Positions 39,586 to 47,758 of a stretch of 56,985 nt of DNA are shown piece by piece. The DNA is from a virus (taxonomy: Duplodnaviria > Caudoviricetes), in IMG/VR virus record IMGVR_UViG_3300017752_004327, positions 1 to 56,985 of that record. One strand, 5' to 3'. Both the position numbers and the translations under genes were made by a program. Numbering within the stretch: the first letter of the stretch is position 1; every line of letters begins with the position of its first letter. The notes under the pieces were generated by a model. The model was not told the DNA's origin and did not search any database. It saw only the letters and a list, made by a program, of their open reading frames with translations.

Positions 39586-40517
39586 AAACTATACTACAGA
39601 GAACTATTAAAGATAGAGAAACAAATTTATACCCTGTTTGGTTGATGCGTCAAGCAGGAAGGTATATGCCTGAGTATATGCAAATGAAACAAAACAGTAA
39701 TGGATTTTTAGATATGGCACTTACTCCACACAAGGCCAAAGAAATTACTTTGCAACCTATTAATGCATTTGATATGGATGCAGCAATAATTTTTTCTGAT
39801 ATACTTATTATTCCTTATGCACTTGGACAAGAGTTAGATTATACTCCTTCACCAGTACTTGGACCATTCAACGAAAAAATGTTTGAAACTGATATGTGGA
39901 CGTTTGTGAAAAAATGTCAACCTGTGTACGATGCAATTAAACAGACTAGAGTAAAACTAAATGAAAGTAAAAGTTTAATCGGATTTGCAGGAGCACCTTA
40001 TACACTTTGCAAATATATGACAAAGACTAAAAATCGAAATGTTGTAGATAAACTAGTTCCATACATTGTGGAACACCTATCAAAACAAATTGATGCAGGT
40101 TGTGATACAATACAGATATTTGATAGTTGGGCAGGAGATTTGTCAGATCAAGAACTAGATACTTTATGTTATAAACCAACAGCAAAGATAGTAAATGCTA
40201 TTAGACGTCAATATCCTCAAGTAGGCATCATTGCTTTTCCAAGGTTAATAGGCAAAAACATAAATGAGTTCGCTGACATTGTAAAACCTGATTGTATTAA
40301 TTTAAGTGATGATATTCCTGTTGAAGACGTTACTACTGATGTTGTGTTACAAGGTGGTATTCCTTGGCAAGGATTATTAGTCAATGAAGACATTACTCCT
40401 ATGCTGCAAAAAATGAAAGACAAATCATATATTGTTAATCTAGCACACGGAGTTAATAAAGAAACTCCGGTAGTAAATGTTAAGAACTTTGTACAAACTG
40501 TGAAAGATTTTAGATGA
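39582..40517 (+). CDS. hemE: Uroporphyrinogen decarboxylase
   Basis: PVWLMRQAGRYMPEY, DAAIIFSDIL, LIGFAGAPYT, QIFDSWAG, LQGG, NLAHGV. Confidence 0.93.
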   Translation: MKTILQRTIKDRETNLYPVWLMRQAGRYMPEYMQMKQNSNGFLDMALTPHKAKEITLQPINAFDMDAAIIFSDILIIPYALGQELDYTPSPVLGPFNEKMFETDMWTFVKKCQPVYDAIKQTRVKLNESKSLIGFAGAPYTLCKYMTKTKNRNVVDKLVPYIVEHLSKQIDAGCDTIQIFDSWAGDLSDQELDTLCYKPTAKIVNAIRRQYPQVGIIAFPRLIGKNINEFADIVKPDCINLSDDIPVEDVTTDVVLQGGIPWQGLLVNEDITPMLQKMKDKSYIVNLAHGVNKETPVVNVKNFVQTVKDFR

Positions 40518-41104
40518 TAAGAGAAACAAAAAAACTTAATACAACTGTTGATATTAGTGAACTGCAAAATTACTATGCACAGTTAGAAACAGAATATCAA
40601 CATTTGTGTTGGCGATACCAAGACAACGTTAGCCAAGGTGTAGGCGGACATATATTTGATGATGCATATGGTTGGGCATTGCAAAGTAATTTAGAAGATC
40701 TAACTGTACCTTGCCCTCCATATAATATAACAGAAGAGCGTAAAATGCATCCATACAGAGATACTGAAATGATGTTTGGTGTTGTAAGTAGATTACAAGA
40801 AGCATTTCCTTTTGCACACCAATTCAGTGTTGCTGTACACCCGCCAGGGACATTTATTAATTTTCATAGTGATAGCGATAACTATCTTAAAGTGCATATA
40901 CCTATCTTAACTAACAGTAAAGCATACTTCCAATTTCAGCCTATGCGTAGGTTCGTATTGCCAGCAGACGGAAGTATGTTTCTTGTAAATACTAATATTA
41001 AACACGGTACACACAACGAAGGTGATACTGATAGAATACATCTATACTTCAAAATACCTGTAGACAAGGAAAAAGAAGTGTTAGATAAGGAAGGTAACAT
41101 ATGA
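40514..41104 (+). CDS. Asp/Asn beta-hydroxylase-like Fe(II)/2OG oxygenase
   Basis: PPGT.I.FHSD, KVHIPI.TN, LVNT..KHGTHN.G..DRIH. Confidence 0.85.
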   Translation: MIRETKKLNTTVDISELQNYYAQLETEYQHLCWRYQDNVSQGVGGHIFDDAYGWALQSNLEDLTVPCPPYNITEERKMHPYRDTEMMFGVVSRLQEAFPFAHQFSVAVHPPGTFINFHSDSDNYLKVHIPILTNSKAYFQFQPMRRFVLPADGSMFLVNTNIKHGTHNEGDTDRIHLYFKIPVDKEKEVLDKEGNI

Positions 41105-41391
41105 TATTTTGGATAGGATTTATGGTAATGGTTTTAAACGAAGGGTTTGTAATTATGAGACACGTACACCCTTGGTTCGCTAACAAAAGAGATCATCTTA
41201 TCGCAAAGTATGGTACGAATTGGAAGAAGTTTCACGGTGCATTAGATTATGTTTGGATAGTTGGTATAACATTAGGTATAGCAGTAGACATTGCTAACTG
41301 GAAGTTCTATGCTACAGTATTAGCAACCTTTTGGACTGTTGTGGGCGTTTGCGTATATCTGCCATTACTAATTAAAAGGTTACGAAAATGA
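41101..41391 (+). CDS. Small membrane protein
   Basis: Three hydrophobic segments; NEGFVIMRH and FH..LD..W motifs. Confidence 0.7.
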   Translation: MIFWIGFMVMVLNEGFVIMRHVHPWFANKRDHLIAKYGTNWKKFHGALDYVWIVGITLGIAVDIANWKFYATVLATFWTVVGVCVYLPLLIKRLRK

Positions 41392-42095
41392 GAGTAATAC
41401 AAAACTATGATCCTAAAGATATAACAATGGACTTGTTATACAATGACGATACGTGGGGTGCTATTGAATTAAACGTTGATTTAGATATCGATCAATTACA
41501 AAGTTATTATTTTGATATCAAAAATAAACACAGCCACCAGTATTTTAACTTCCAAGATTTTCCTGAAAGATTATCTATAGAAATTAGTAAACAGTATATG
41601 GAACTAGGATACTGCGGATATTACTGCGGACCTATAGCAGGATATACACTTGCGTGGCCTGTAGAACGTTATGAACCTATACCACCTTCTAGTCAAGCAA
41701 ATGTTGATATGTTTCCAGAAACACTTGATCCAGAATTTTATGAAAAGTGTAATGTGTTGCCTAGGTTTAGATTTGGTTATATGAATACACTATTAGATAT
41801 GTTAGGTGAAGATAGTTTTAAACAGTGTATTATAACAGAACACGGTCCTGAGGCTACAATTCAAACACACAAAGATTCAAATGCTAAAAAGTTACATATA
41901 CCTTTGGCAACTAATGAACAAGCCTTGTTTACATTTGGTGAAAACAGAGAAGTAAAATTTAATATGCGTGTGGGCAAGATATACATTCTGAATACAAGTG
42001 CATTTCACGGAACAGAAAACTACGGCGAATCAACTAGAGCGCATTTTATTACAAGAGTAGATGAAACTCGTATACAAGATGTTATAGCACTATAA
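41388..42095 (+). CDS. Asp/Asn beta-hydroxylase-like Fe(II)/2OG oxygenase
   Basis: THKD, KLHIPL.TN, YILNTS.FHGTEN.G..TRAH. Confidence 0.8.
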   Translation: MRVIQNYDPKDITMDLLYNDDTWGAIELNVDLDIDQLQSYYFDIKNKHSHQYFNFQDFPERLSIEISKQYMELGYCGYYCGPIAGYTLAWPVERYEPIPPSSQANVDMFPETLDPEFYEKCNVLPRFRFGYMNTLLDMLGEDSFKQCIITEHGPEATIQTHKDSNAKKLHIPLATNEQALFTFGENREVKFNMRVGKIYILNTSAFHGTENYGESTRAHFITRVDETRIQDVIAL

Positions 42096-42638
42096 GCCTA
42101 AAGACTTATTTCTTTCTTCATAATACTTACTAACATTAATACGCCACAAATTTTGTTGAACATTATACAGTTCCATCTGTCTGTCTAATTCCCATATACC
42201 ACGCTTTGCCATTAATGGCATTAGTGTATTATTCATACGTTGACTTTTTCCGCCGTCATCGTTTATGTTTGTACTAATGTATAATTGTGTTAAATGCGGT
42301 ACCCATTCTATTTGCATTTTTAATAAATGTCCTAATTGAATTCCTGTCTTTAACATATCTTTACCTACGCCTAGTGTATATCCAGGTAACTGCGCACCTC
42401 GAAACAAACAACGATATGCATCAGGTCCTAATTCGTCTAACTGATGTACACCTGCAATACTTACAATTTTATCTTCGTGTGTAGCAATAGTCCAAGCACC
42501 TTCTTCTAGTACCCATTCCCATTTCATTTTTTTAAGAGATGTATTATTACTATAGTTTTGTGATTTACAAAATTGTTCTGCTAAAGACTCATCGTCTTGA
42601 GTAGCAAATCTAAACTGTAGTTTTCCAAGTGTCGCCAT
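42090..42638 (-). CDS. GNAT-like acyltransferase
   Basis: FRFAT..D start, IVSIAG, RCLFRGAQLPGY..G motif A-like segment. Confidence 0.5.
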   Translation of the reverse strand: MATLGKLQFRFATQDDESLAEQFCKSQNYSNNTSLKKMKWEWVLEEGAWTIATHEDKIVSIAGVHQLDELGPDAYRCLFRGAQLPGYTLGVGKDMLKTGIQLGHLLKMQIEWVPHLTQLYISTNINDDGGKSQRMNNTLMPLMAKRGIWELDRQMELYNVQQNLWRINVSKYYEERNKSLGL

Positions 42639-43281
42639 TTAATTTTTTCATCCGTTGTGCAAAGCGACAAGGACCTAATTTAAATAAGTCGCCTGTTGCT
42701 TTTCCGTTTATATAACATTGTTGCAAGTCGCCGCTGTATCCGCCAGCAGGCATAAACATAATATGATACCGGTCTTGATCAACTGTAGATAGGTCAAACT
42801 CTGGTGTGTTGTATCCAACAAATACCGGCGGAGGAACTTCTGTCATACCATACCAGTTAGCAACTGTTTGTACACCCTTGCTTGTAAATGCATCTATAAA
42901 GTCTTGTGTAATAGTACTACTTCCTGTAACCATATAGCGTACACAGCTCATATCTAAATCAGCAAAGCCTTTTGTATTTTTAAGCAGTTCTAGATGTTTT
43001 GGTATAAGTGATAGATATGTAGGTTGGAACTTCTTAAAGTTTTCTATATAACTGTAAGGATTGAAGTTTGCACTTAGTAGTTTCGCACCTGCTAGTTGTG
43101 CAGGATACGCTGTAATAGTATAGTGTGCAATTGTGTTTGCTGGAAACACATCTAATACTCTATCTTGAGATGTAAGTTGTATTTCTTTGATACTGGCTGC
43201 TGCACATTCTTTTATATAATCCCAAGAGTGTGTTACCTGTTTTGGTTCGTCAGTACTACCGGAAGTGAATAAAGTCAGCAT
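42610..43281 (-). CDS. Minimal AMP-binding (ANL/adenylation) enzyme core
   Basis: LFTSGSTDEPK (A3 P-loop), YGMTE (A5), TGDL (A7); only 223 aa. Confidence 0.8.
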   Translation of the reverse strand: MLTLFTSGSTDEPKQVTHSWDYIKECAAASIKEIQLTSQDRVLDVFPANTIAHYTITAYPAQLAGAKLLSANFNPYSYIENFKKFQPTYLSLIPKHLELLKNTKGFADLDMSCVRYMVTGSSTITQDFIDAFTSKGVQTVANWYGMTEVPPPVFVGYNTPEFDLSTVDQDRYHIMFMPAGGYSGDLQQCYINGKATGDLFKLGPCRFAQRMKKLNGDTWKTTV

Positions 43282-43324
43282 ACTATAATTTATGCTGACT
43301 TTTGTTTATTCTAAGTTAATCTGA

Positions 43325-44791
43325 TTATGCTTGAATTGCTATTTGTACCCAGGCAGTTCCTAAGTAGATAACTGCTTGTTGCTTAGTTGGGTTAGCACCA
43401 CTTGGATCCCAAGTAGCACCGTCTGCAATAGCAATCATACCTGCTGCTGGACTTGTTGGCTCTGCTGTTAAAACAGCAAGTTTTGCGAAACCATTAACAT
43501 CAAGTGTTGCTGCTGCATTTTGCTGATTAATTGCAACTTGGCCTTTTGCATCAAATGTAAAGTATTTAAGATCTGGTGTTGATCCTGTACCGCCATTGTT
43601 TGATAATACAATCTTACCTTTTACAGTATCACTAGCAACTGTTTCGTTTGGATCAATTTGGAAACCAAAAATACTTGTTCCTACATAACTGTTGGCACCT
43701 GTTTCAAATGCTCTTGCGGATAAACTACCAATAAATTCGCCTGCTGCTGGATTAGTTGGTGTTACAATGTTATTGTGTCTTGAACTAAATGTAAATTTAG
43801 TTGTATCTGTAATACTTGTACCACCTAGTGCTACAATTTCAATTGGTTGTGAATAATCAAGGTTTGTAATTTGTAATGTAGGACTCGGTGCAGAATCTGC
43901 AACATCACCAATCTTAATAAGTGTTTCAGGAAGTTGTACTCTTAAAATGTTATCAACAAAGTTTACTGTACCGTTGTTTAAGTTAACAGTTCCGTCCATT
44001 GCATTAACAAGTTGTGTACTGTCATCTGCAAACACGCTACCGTATACATTACCAAATACTGATTCAGCAGTAATGTTTCCGTTGCTACTGTTTACAATAA
44101 CAGTTGAGTCATCACCTACAATATCAACATTTAATGAGCCGCCGCTTCCTGCGCCGCCAATTGGTCCACCGTCAATAGTTGAGTTAGCAGGAATATTAAT
44201 TCCGCCTGCTGCGTTACGTGAAATCTGTGATGTACCTAAGTTTATAGTAGAACCGCTTAGATACAAGTCTTTGAATCTAGCACTAGCACTACCGATATCG
44301 TATACTTCATTACCGTTAGGTATAATATCTGTTCCTACGGTACCATTTAAATTAAAAGAGCCCTTTACTGCATCCAACATAATAGTTGAATCATCTGCAC
44401 TTATAGAACCTTGATAGTCGCCTGTGAAACGTGTAGCGGTTACATTGCCAGTAATATTTACGTTACCGTTTCCTGTAATATCAAAACTGTTCATATCTAC
44501 GTTTTGGCGTAGTTGATCTAATGATACTGTAGCGTCAAGTGTTCCTGCGCTGTCGTTGTAATTAAAACTAATTCCTGCGTGGGTACTTGCTGTACCAAGC
44601 ATATCGCCGATTGCATCTTCTGCATCCTCAGCATTAAATCCCGTAATCGGGGTTAAATCTTTTAATAATGTAGCACCATCGCCGATATACAGTTTCTGAT
44701 CATCTGTAACCCAGATCATCTCACCCATTTGTGGGGGTGATGCAAGTACCTGTCTCTCTGCTTCAGTGCCGCGTCTAATTTGTAATGGCAT
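43325..44791 (-). CDS. Tail fibre-like protein (488 aa)
   Basis: MPLQIRRGT..GE..W.TD..KL.IGDG N-terminus (Mtd/hyaluronidase-like anchor), YDIGS..RFKDLYLSG, 3 DDST-type repeats. Confidence 0.8.
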   Translation of the reverse strand: MPLQIRRGTEAERQVLASPPQMGEMIWVTDDQKLYIGDGATLLKDLTPITGFNAEDAEDAIGDMLGTASTHAGISFNYNDSAGTLDATVSLDQLRQNVDMNSFDITGNGNVNITGNVTATRFTGDYQGSISADDSTIMLDAVKGSFNLNGTVGTDIIPNGNEVYDIGSASARFKDLYLSGSTINLGTSQISRNAAGGINIPANSTIDGGPIGGAGSGGSLNVDIVGDDSTVIVNSSNGNITAESVFGNVYGSVFADDSTQLVNAMDGTVNLNNGTVNFVDNILRVQLPETLIKIGDVADSAPSPTLQITNLDYSQPIEIVALGGTSITDTTKFTFSSRHNNIVTPTNPAAGEFIGSLSARAFETGANSYVGTSIFGFQIDPNETVASDTVKGKIVLSNNGGTGSTPDLKYFTFDAKGQVAINQQNAAATLDVNGFAKLAVLTAEPTSPAAGMIAIADGATWDPSGANPTKQQAVIYLGTAWVQIAIQA

Positions 44792-44868
44792 ATTAATTAA
44801 CTCCTGGCAACATCATATTCGTTCTTATGCTTAGTATTTATGTCTAAACGTAATATAATGAAATGTTT

Positions 44869-45438
44869 CTAAGACAGCACATCTACATCTGCTGCAATTA
44901 TATAACGGTATTTATCGCTTTGCGGTATGCCCGGACGATGCCAATAACTACTTGGGTATATTAACCAAGTAAAATCGCTAGGTTTTACAAAGAATTTACC
45001 ATCGTTTTCAGGACCATTAGGCGCTATCTCAGTGCCTGCAAGATCTCTGTGTTCTACATCTTCGGGTATGTGTAGATACCATATTCCGCTAAAACTTGTT
45101 GGGGTTGGTTTATGTTGGTGGTTGTGCCAAAGGATATCTCTATCTTCTTGTGTAGCCTTGTTTGTTTTAAAACTCCAAGCCTGCATATTAGCAATTTGCA
45201 CTTCTTTGCCGTGCCACATAAACACACTCATAAGAAAACTCATTCTAAACTTCAACCAGAACGGTTCAGGCCTAGCAAATATGTTTTCTTTAGTTTGATA
45301 CTTGGGACTGTTCTCCCAATAGTTACCTGCATCAATAATGCTATCAATTGTTTGAATAGCACTATTAACATCCTGTTGTCCTATAATAGAACTCCAGTCA
45401 TACTTCTTGAATACTTCAGATTGGTCTATTGTAATCAA
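44869..45438 (-). CDS. Putative Fe(II)/2OG oxygenase-like protein
   Basis: WHNH, SGIWYL, GTE, IYPS..WHRP, RYIIA. Confidence 0.65.
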   Translation of the reverse strand: MITIDQSEVFKKYDWSSIIGQQDVNSAIQTIDSIIDAGNYWENSPKYQTKENIFARPEPFWLKFRMSFLMSVFMWHGKEVQIANMQAWSFKTNKATQEDRDILWHNHQHKPTPTSFSGIWYLHIPEDVEHRDLAGTEIAPNGPENDGKFFVKPSDFTWLIYPSSYWHRPGIPQSDKYRYIIAADVDVLS

Positions 45439-46172
45439 TGTTCTTGTTGCCAGACAGAAGCAGCGTATCCTTTACCGTTAGTGTCACCACCGCAGTTGTC
45501 TAGTTCTTCGTTGTTATACATAATAGTATGTATCACATCTTCACCATTAGGTGCTTCACTATAGGATATCTTTAACTTCTTAGGATCAAAGTCGCCTACA
45601 GTTTCAATGACGCTGTCAAAGAATGTACCTTTTTCCATACTCAACATTTGCACAATGTACGTGCCTTTTTTAGGATATAGATCTTCTGTAGGATTAAGTA
45701 TTTCAACTTCGTAATCTGTGTCTTCACTAATCTTGTTTACAAAGTCATTTATGTCTTGACTTTTTACAATTTCAGCAATATGTTTAGAATCATAGTCCAT
45801 ACTATCTACTTCATCAATAACAATGTTTCCGCTATCAAGAGTTACACTATTAATGTGTTCAAATTCAGTTGGCATCTCAAACCAATTGCTACGCCATTCT
45901 TCTCCGTCACTGCCCGGGCTCATTAAAAAGTCTGCTTCAGGTGGTACACTATCGATGTCTTCGAATTCAAACTCGCCATCTTCTGCATTAAGCATATAGT
46001 TTACTAGGTCACTGTCACCGTGATCATCGTGTACTTTTTTCCAAAAGTCGTATGCTTCTTTTGTAAGCGATCCATAAGCGTGTTCTCCACCGTACCCATA
46101 AATCTGTACGTGATAGTATCGCTTGCCTTTAATATTATCAACAAGTTCTTGCTTTTGTTCTTGAGTAGCCAT
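45435..46172 (-). CDS. Hypothetical acidic protein
   Basis: GYGGE, EKGTFF, GGDTNGKG motifs; long ORF. Confidence 0.7.
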   Translation of the reverse strand: MATQEQKQELVDNIKGKRYYHVQIYGYGGEHAYGSLTKEAYDFWKKVHDDHGDSDLVNYMLNAEDGEFEFEDIDSVPPEADFLMSPGSDGEEWRSNWFEMPTEFEHINSVTLDSGNIVIDEVDSMDYDSKHIAEIVKSQDINDFVNKISEDTDYEVEILNPTEDLYPKKGTYIVQMLSMEKGTFFDSVIETVGDFDPKKLKISYSEAPNGEDVIHTIMYNNEELDNCGGDTNGKGYAASVWQQEH

Positions 46173-46552
46173 TATTCGTGTTCTCCGCCTGGGTCATTTG
46201 GGTCTAGTGGCACCTTATGAGCAACACCATCTTTGTCACGATAGATAGTATATGTTCTACCTCGACCGTGTGAGTGATATCCGTTCTTAAATTTAAAAGA
46301 TCCTGGATATTTTTCTGCTGCCTTAAACGTTGCTACAGTAATAACAACTGCTCCAACAAAGATAACGTGTCCAATGGCACTGTACATAAATGCTGTTACA
46401 CTGTTTACAATCATAATAGCAAATACGCTTGACCACATAAATGCTAGTATCTGCATAATCATATGCCTAACGTTTAAATCCGGAATATTCCGCAAAGGAT
46501 TATGATTGTGATCCATTACCACATTCCAACTATTAACTACAAACTCTCTCAT
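46172..46552 (-). CDS. Hypothetical membrane protein
   Basis: NPLRNIPD..RHMIMQILAFMWS, two hydrophobic helices, C-terminal DPGGEHE. Confidence 0.7.
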   Translation of the reverse strand: MREFVVNSWNVVMDHNHNPLRNIPDLNVRHMIMQILAFMWSSVFAIMIVNSVTAFMYSAIGHVIFVGAVVITVATFKAAEKYPGSFKFKNGYHSHGRGRTYTIYRDKDGVAHKVPLDPNDPGGEHE

Positions 46553-46633
46553 CTATTCGCCTTTCCTTGCACTTATCAAGATGTAAAGTACAACTATACT
46601 AAATGGAATTCCTATAAAGAAGAGTCCTATCAA
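46553..46633 (-). CDS. 26-aa membrane peptide
   Basis: Not in ORF track. TTG start overlapping upstream TGA; MIGLFFIGIPFSIVVLYILISARKGE; fills the gap exactly. Confidence 0.45.
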   Translation of the reverse strand: MIGLFFIGIPFSIVVLYILISARKGE

Positions 46634-47190
46634 AGGACCCCTTCTTCAGTTAAAATTGCAACGGTATCATCCGATAAAGGAATCTCCGTCTTAAAGTTTA
46701 AGTCAAGAGTTTCATCTTGAACTTTTTGCTTTTGCTTGGTAAGATTTTTTACCTCTGCTTTCGCTTGAGCAATTTGATCCTTACCAAGGATTGACGTACT
46801 TACAGCATCTCTACTGTAACCGTCTTTATCGTCTCGATTCTTAATACGCTCAAGACGACCTTTAATAACTTCCATAGAAGTCATTGGCCTTTGACCTGCA
46901 ATAGATCGAAGTTGCTGAATACGCTTTTCAATAAAAGCCGCTTTAGCAAGATTAGTTGAGATACCGCTACTTGCATTTGCAGCCGCAACTAAGGCACGAA
47001 TATTATAAAATGCTTGAAGCAGTTTCTGCCTACGAGCATCATTACCAAAGAAAGTATCATTGGCAACTTGGATTATATCAACGGGGTTTTCAAACTCGTT
47101 GACTTCGATTTGAGAGTCCATCTCAATAGTATTAATAGTATCTTGGATACTATTCTGGAGAGCGTTCGCTTTCCTCAGATTGATATTCAT
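46630..47190 (-). CDS. Hypothetical coiled-coil protein
   Basis: MNINLRKANALQ.. helical heptads; AGGAGG SD 6 nt before ATG 47190. Confidence 0.75.
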   Translation of the reverse strand: MNINLRKANALQNSIQDTINTIEMDSQIEVNEFENPVDIIQVANDTFFGNDARRQKLLQAFYNIRALVAAANASSGISTNLAKAAFIEKRIQQLRSIAGQRPMTSMEVIKGRLERIKNRDDKDGYSRDAVSTSILGKDQIAQAKAEVKNLTKQKQKVQDETLDLNFKTEIPLSDDTVAILTEEGVL

Positions 47191-47437
47191 CATCATCCTC
47201 CTGTGATTGTTGATCTAATTCATATTGTGTTTGTTCTACACCGTGGAAATGATCTTGTGTATATTTCCCTTCTTCAATTTCGTGTAGTGCAATTACCCCT
47301 GGCTTAACTGCTGGACTGTCTACTTCAGGCTTTGCACCTTTAGATAGTTGTCGTCCTCGCTTTGCTGCCATCAGTATCAGATCAAATGGACTTGCCTCTG
47401 AAACTTCTAGTGCCTTTTCTACAAATACTCTTGCCAT
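47150..47437 (-). CDS. rpoZ: RNA polymerase omega subunit homologue
   Basis: MARV.VE.AL....FDLILMAAKRGRQL..G..P.VD....KP.VIAL.EI.EG; start revised to ATG 47437. Confidence 0.85.
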   Translation of the reverse strand: MARVFVEKALEVSEASPFDLILMAAKRGRQLSKGAKPEVDSPAVKPGVIALHEIEEGKYTQDHFHGVEQTQYELDQQSQEDDDEYQSEESERSPE

Positions 47438-47720
47438 ATCTTGCCTTTCTAAAAATAAGTTAACAGCACAGTAAAAGGTCAAGTATTGGACAAAACAAAA
47501 TTCAACAGCCCCGTCCAGGCCTTGTACAATCTACACATAAACAAACTGCATAAACTGCTTACCTCCGACTTACAATATACAAGTAAAATAAAGTCGGTTC
47601 ACACAGCACGGATTTTTATATCCTGTTCTATGAGACACTGATTACTCAATATCGTGTCCAACCTAGTCTACCCTCTACTACGCCGGCTACCTTAAAATGC
47701 TGATGCACTTCTTAGTAACA
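47438..47720 (-). ncRNA. Candidate ~280-nt structured non-coding RNA or long leader upstream of rpoZ
   Basis: Largest non-coding, non-tRNA gap in the window; follows a sigma70 promoter; hairpins CCGACUU/AAGUCGG, GACAC/GUGUC, GGAU/AUCC; GUGCUGU occurs twice. Confidence 0.4.
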
Positions 47721-47726
47721 GTATAC

Positions 47727-47755
47727 AATATAGCAGGTATTACTGCGAAAGTCAA
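47727..47755 (-). promoter_or_regulatory. Sigma70-type promoter
   Basis: TTGACT - 17 nt - TATATT. Confidence 0.65.
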
Positions 47756-47758
47756 GTG

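Noticed and set aside
20211-43281. Classical RiPP precursor peptide for the SPASM enzymes
   Set aside because: Genes overlap or abut, leaving no room for a short precursor, and no PqqD/RRE protein was recognised; a precursor outside the window cannot be excluded
43325-44791. Diversity-generating retroelement targeting the Mtd-like fibre
   Set aside because: No reverse transcriptase and no template/variable repeat pair differing at adenines seen in the window
47150-47482. ORF-track starts for rpoZ (47482) and for 17717..18031, 30498..31379, 34621..35439, 54518..54847, 54929..55300
   Set aside because: Downstream starts have SD sequences, stop-start overlaps or homology-consistent N-termini; the extensions overlap other genes or promoters
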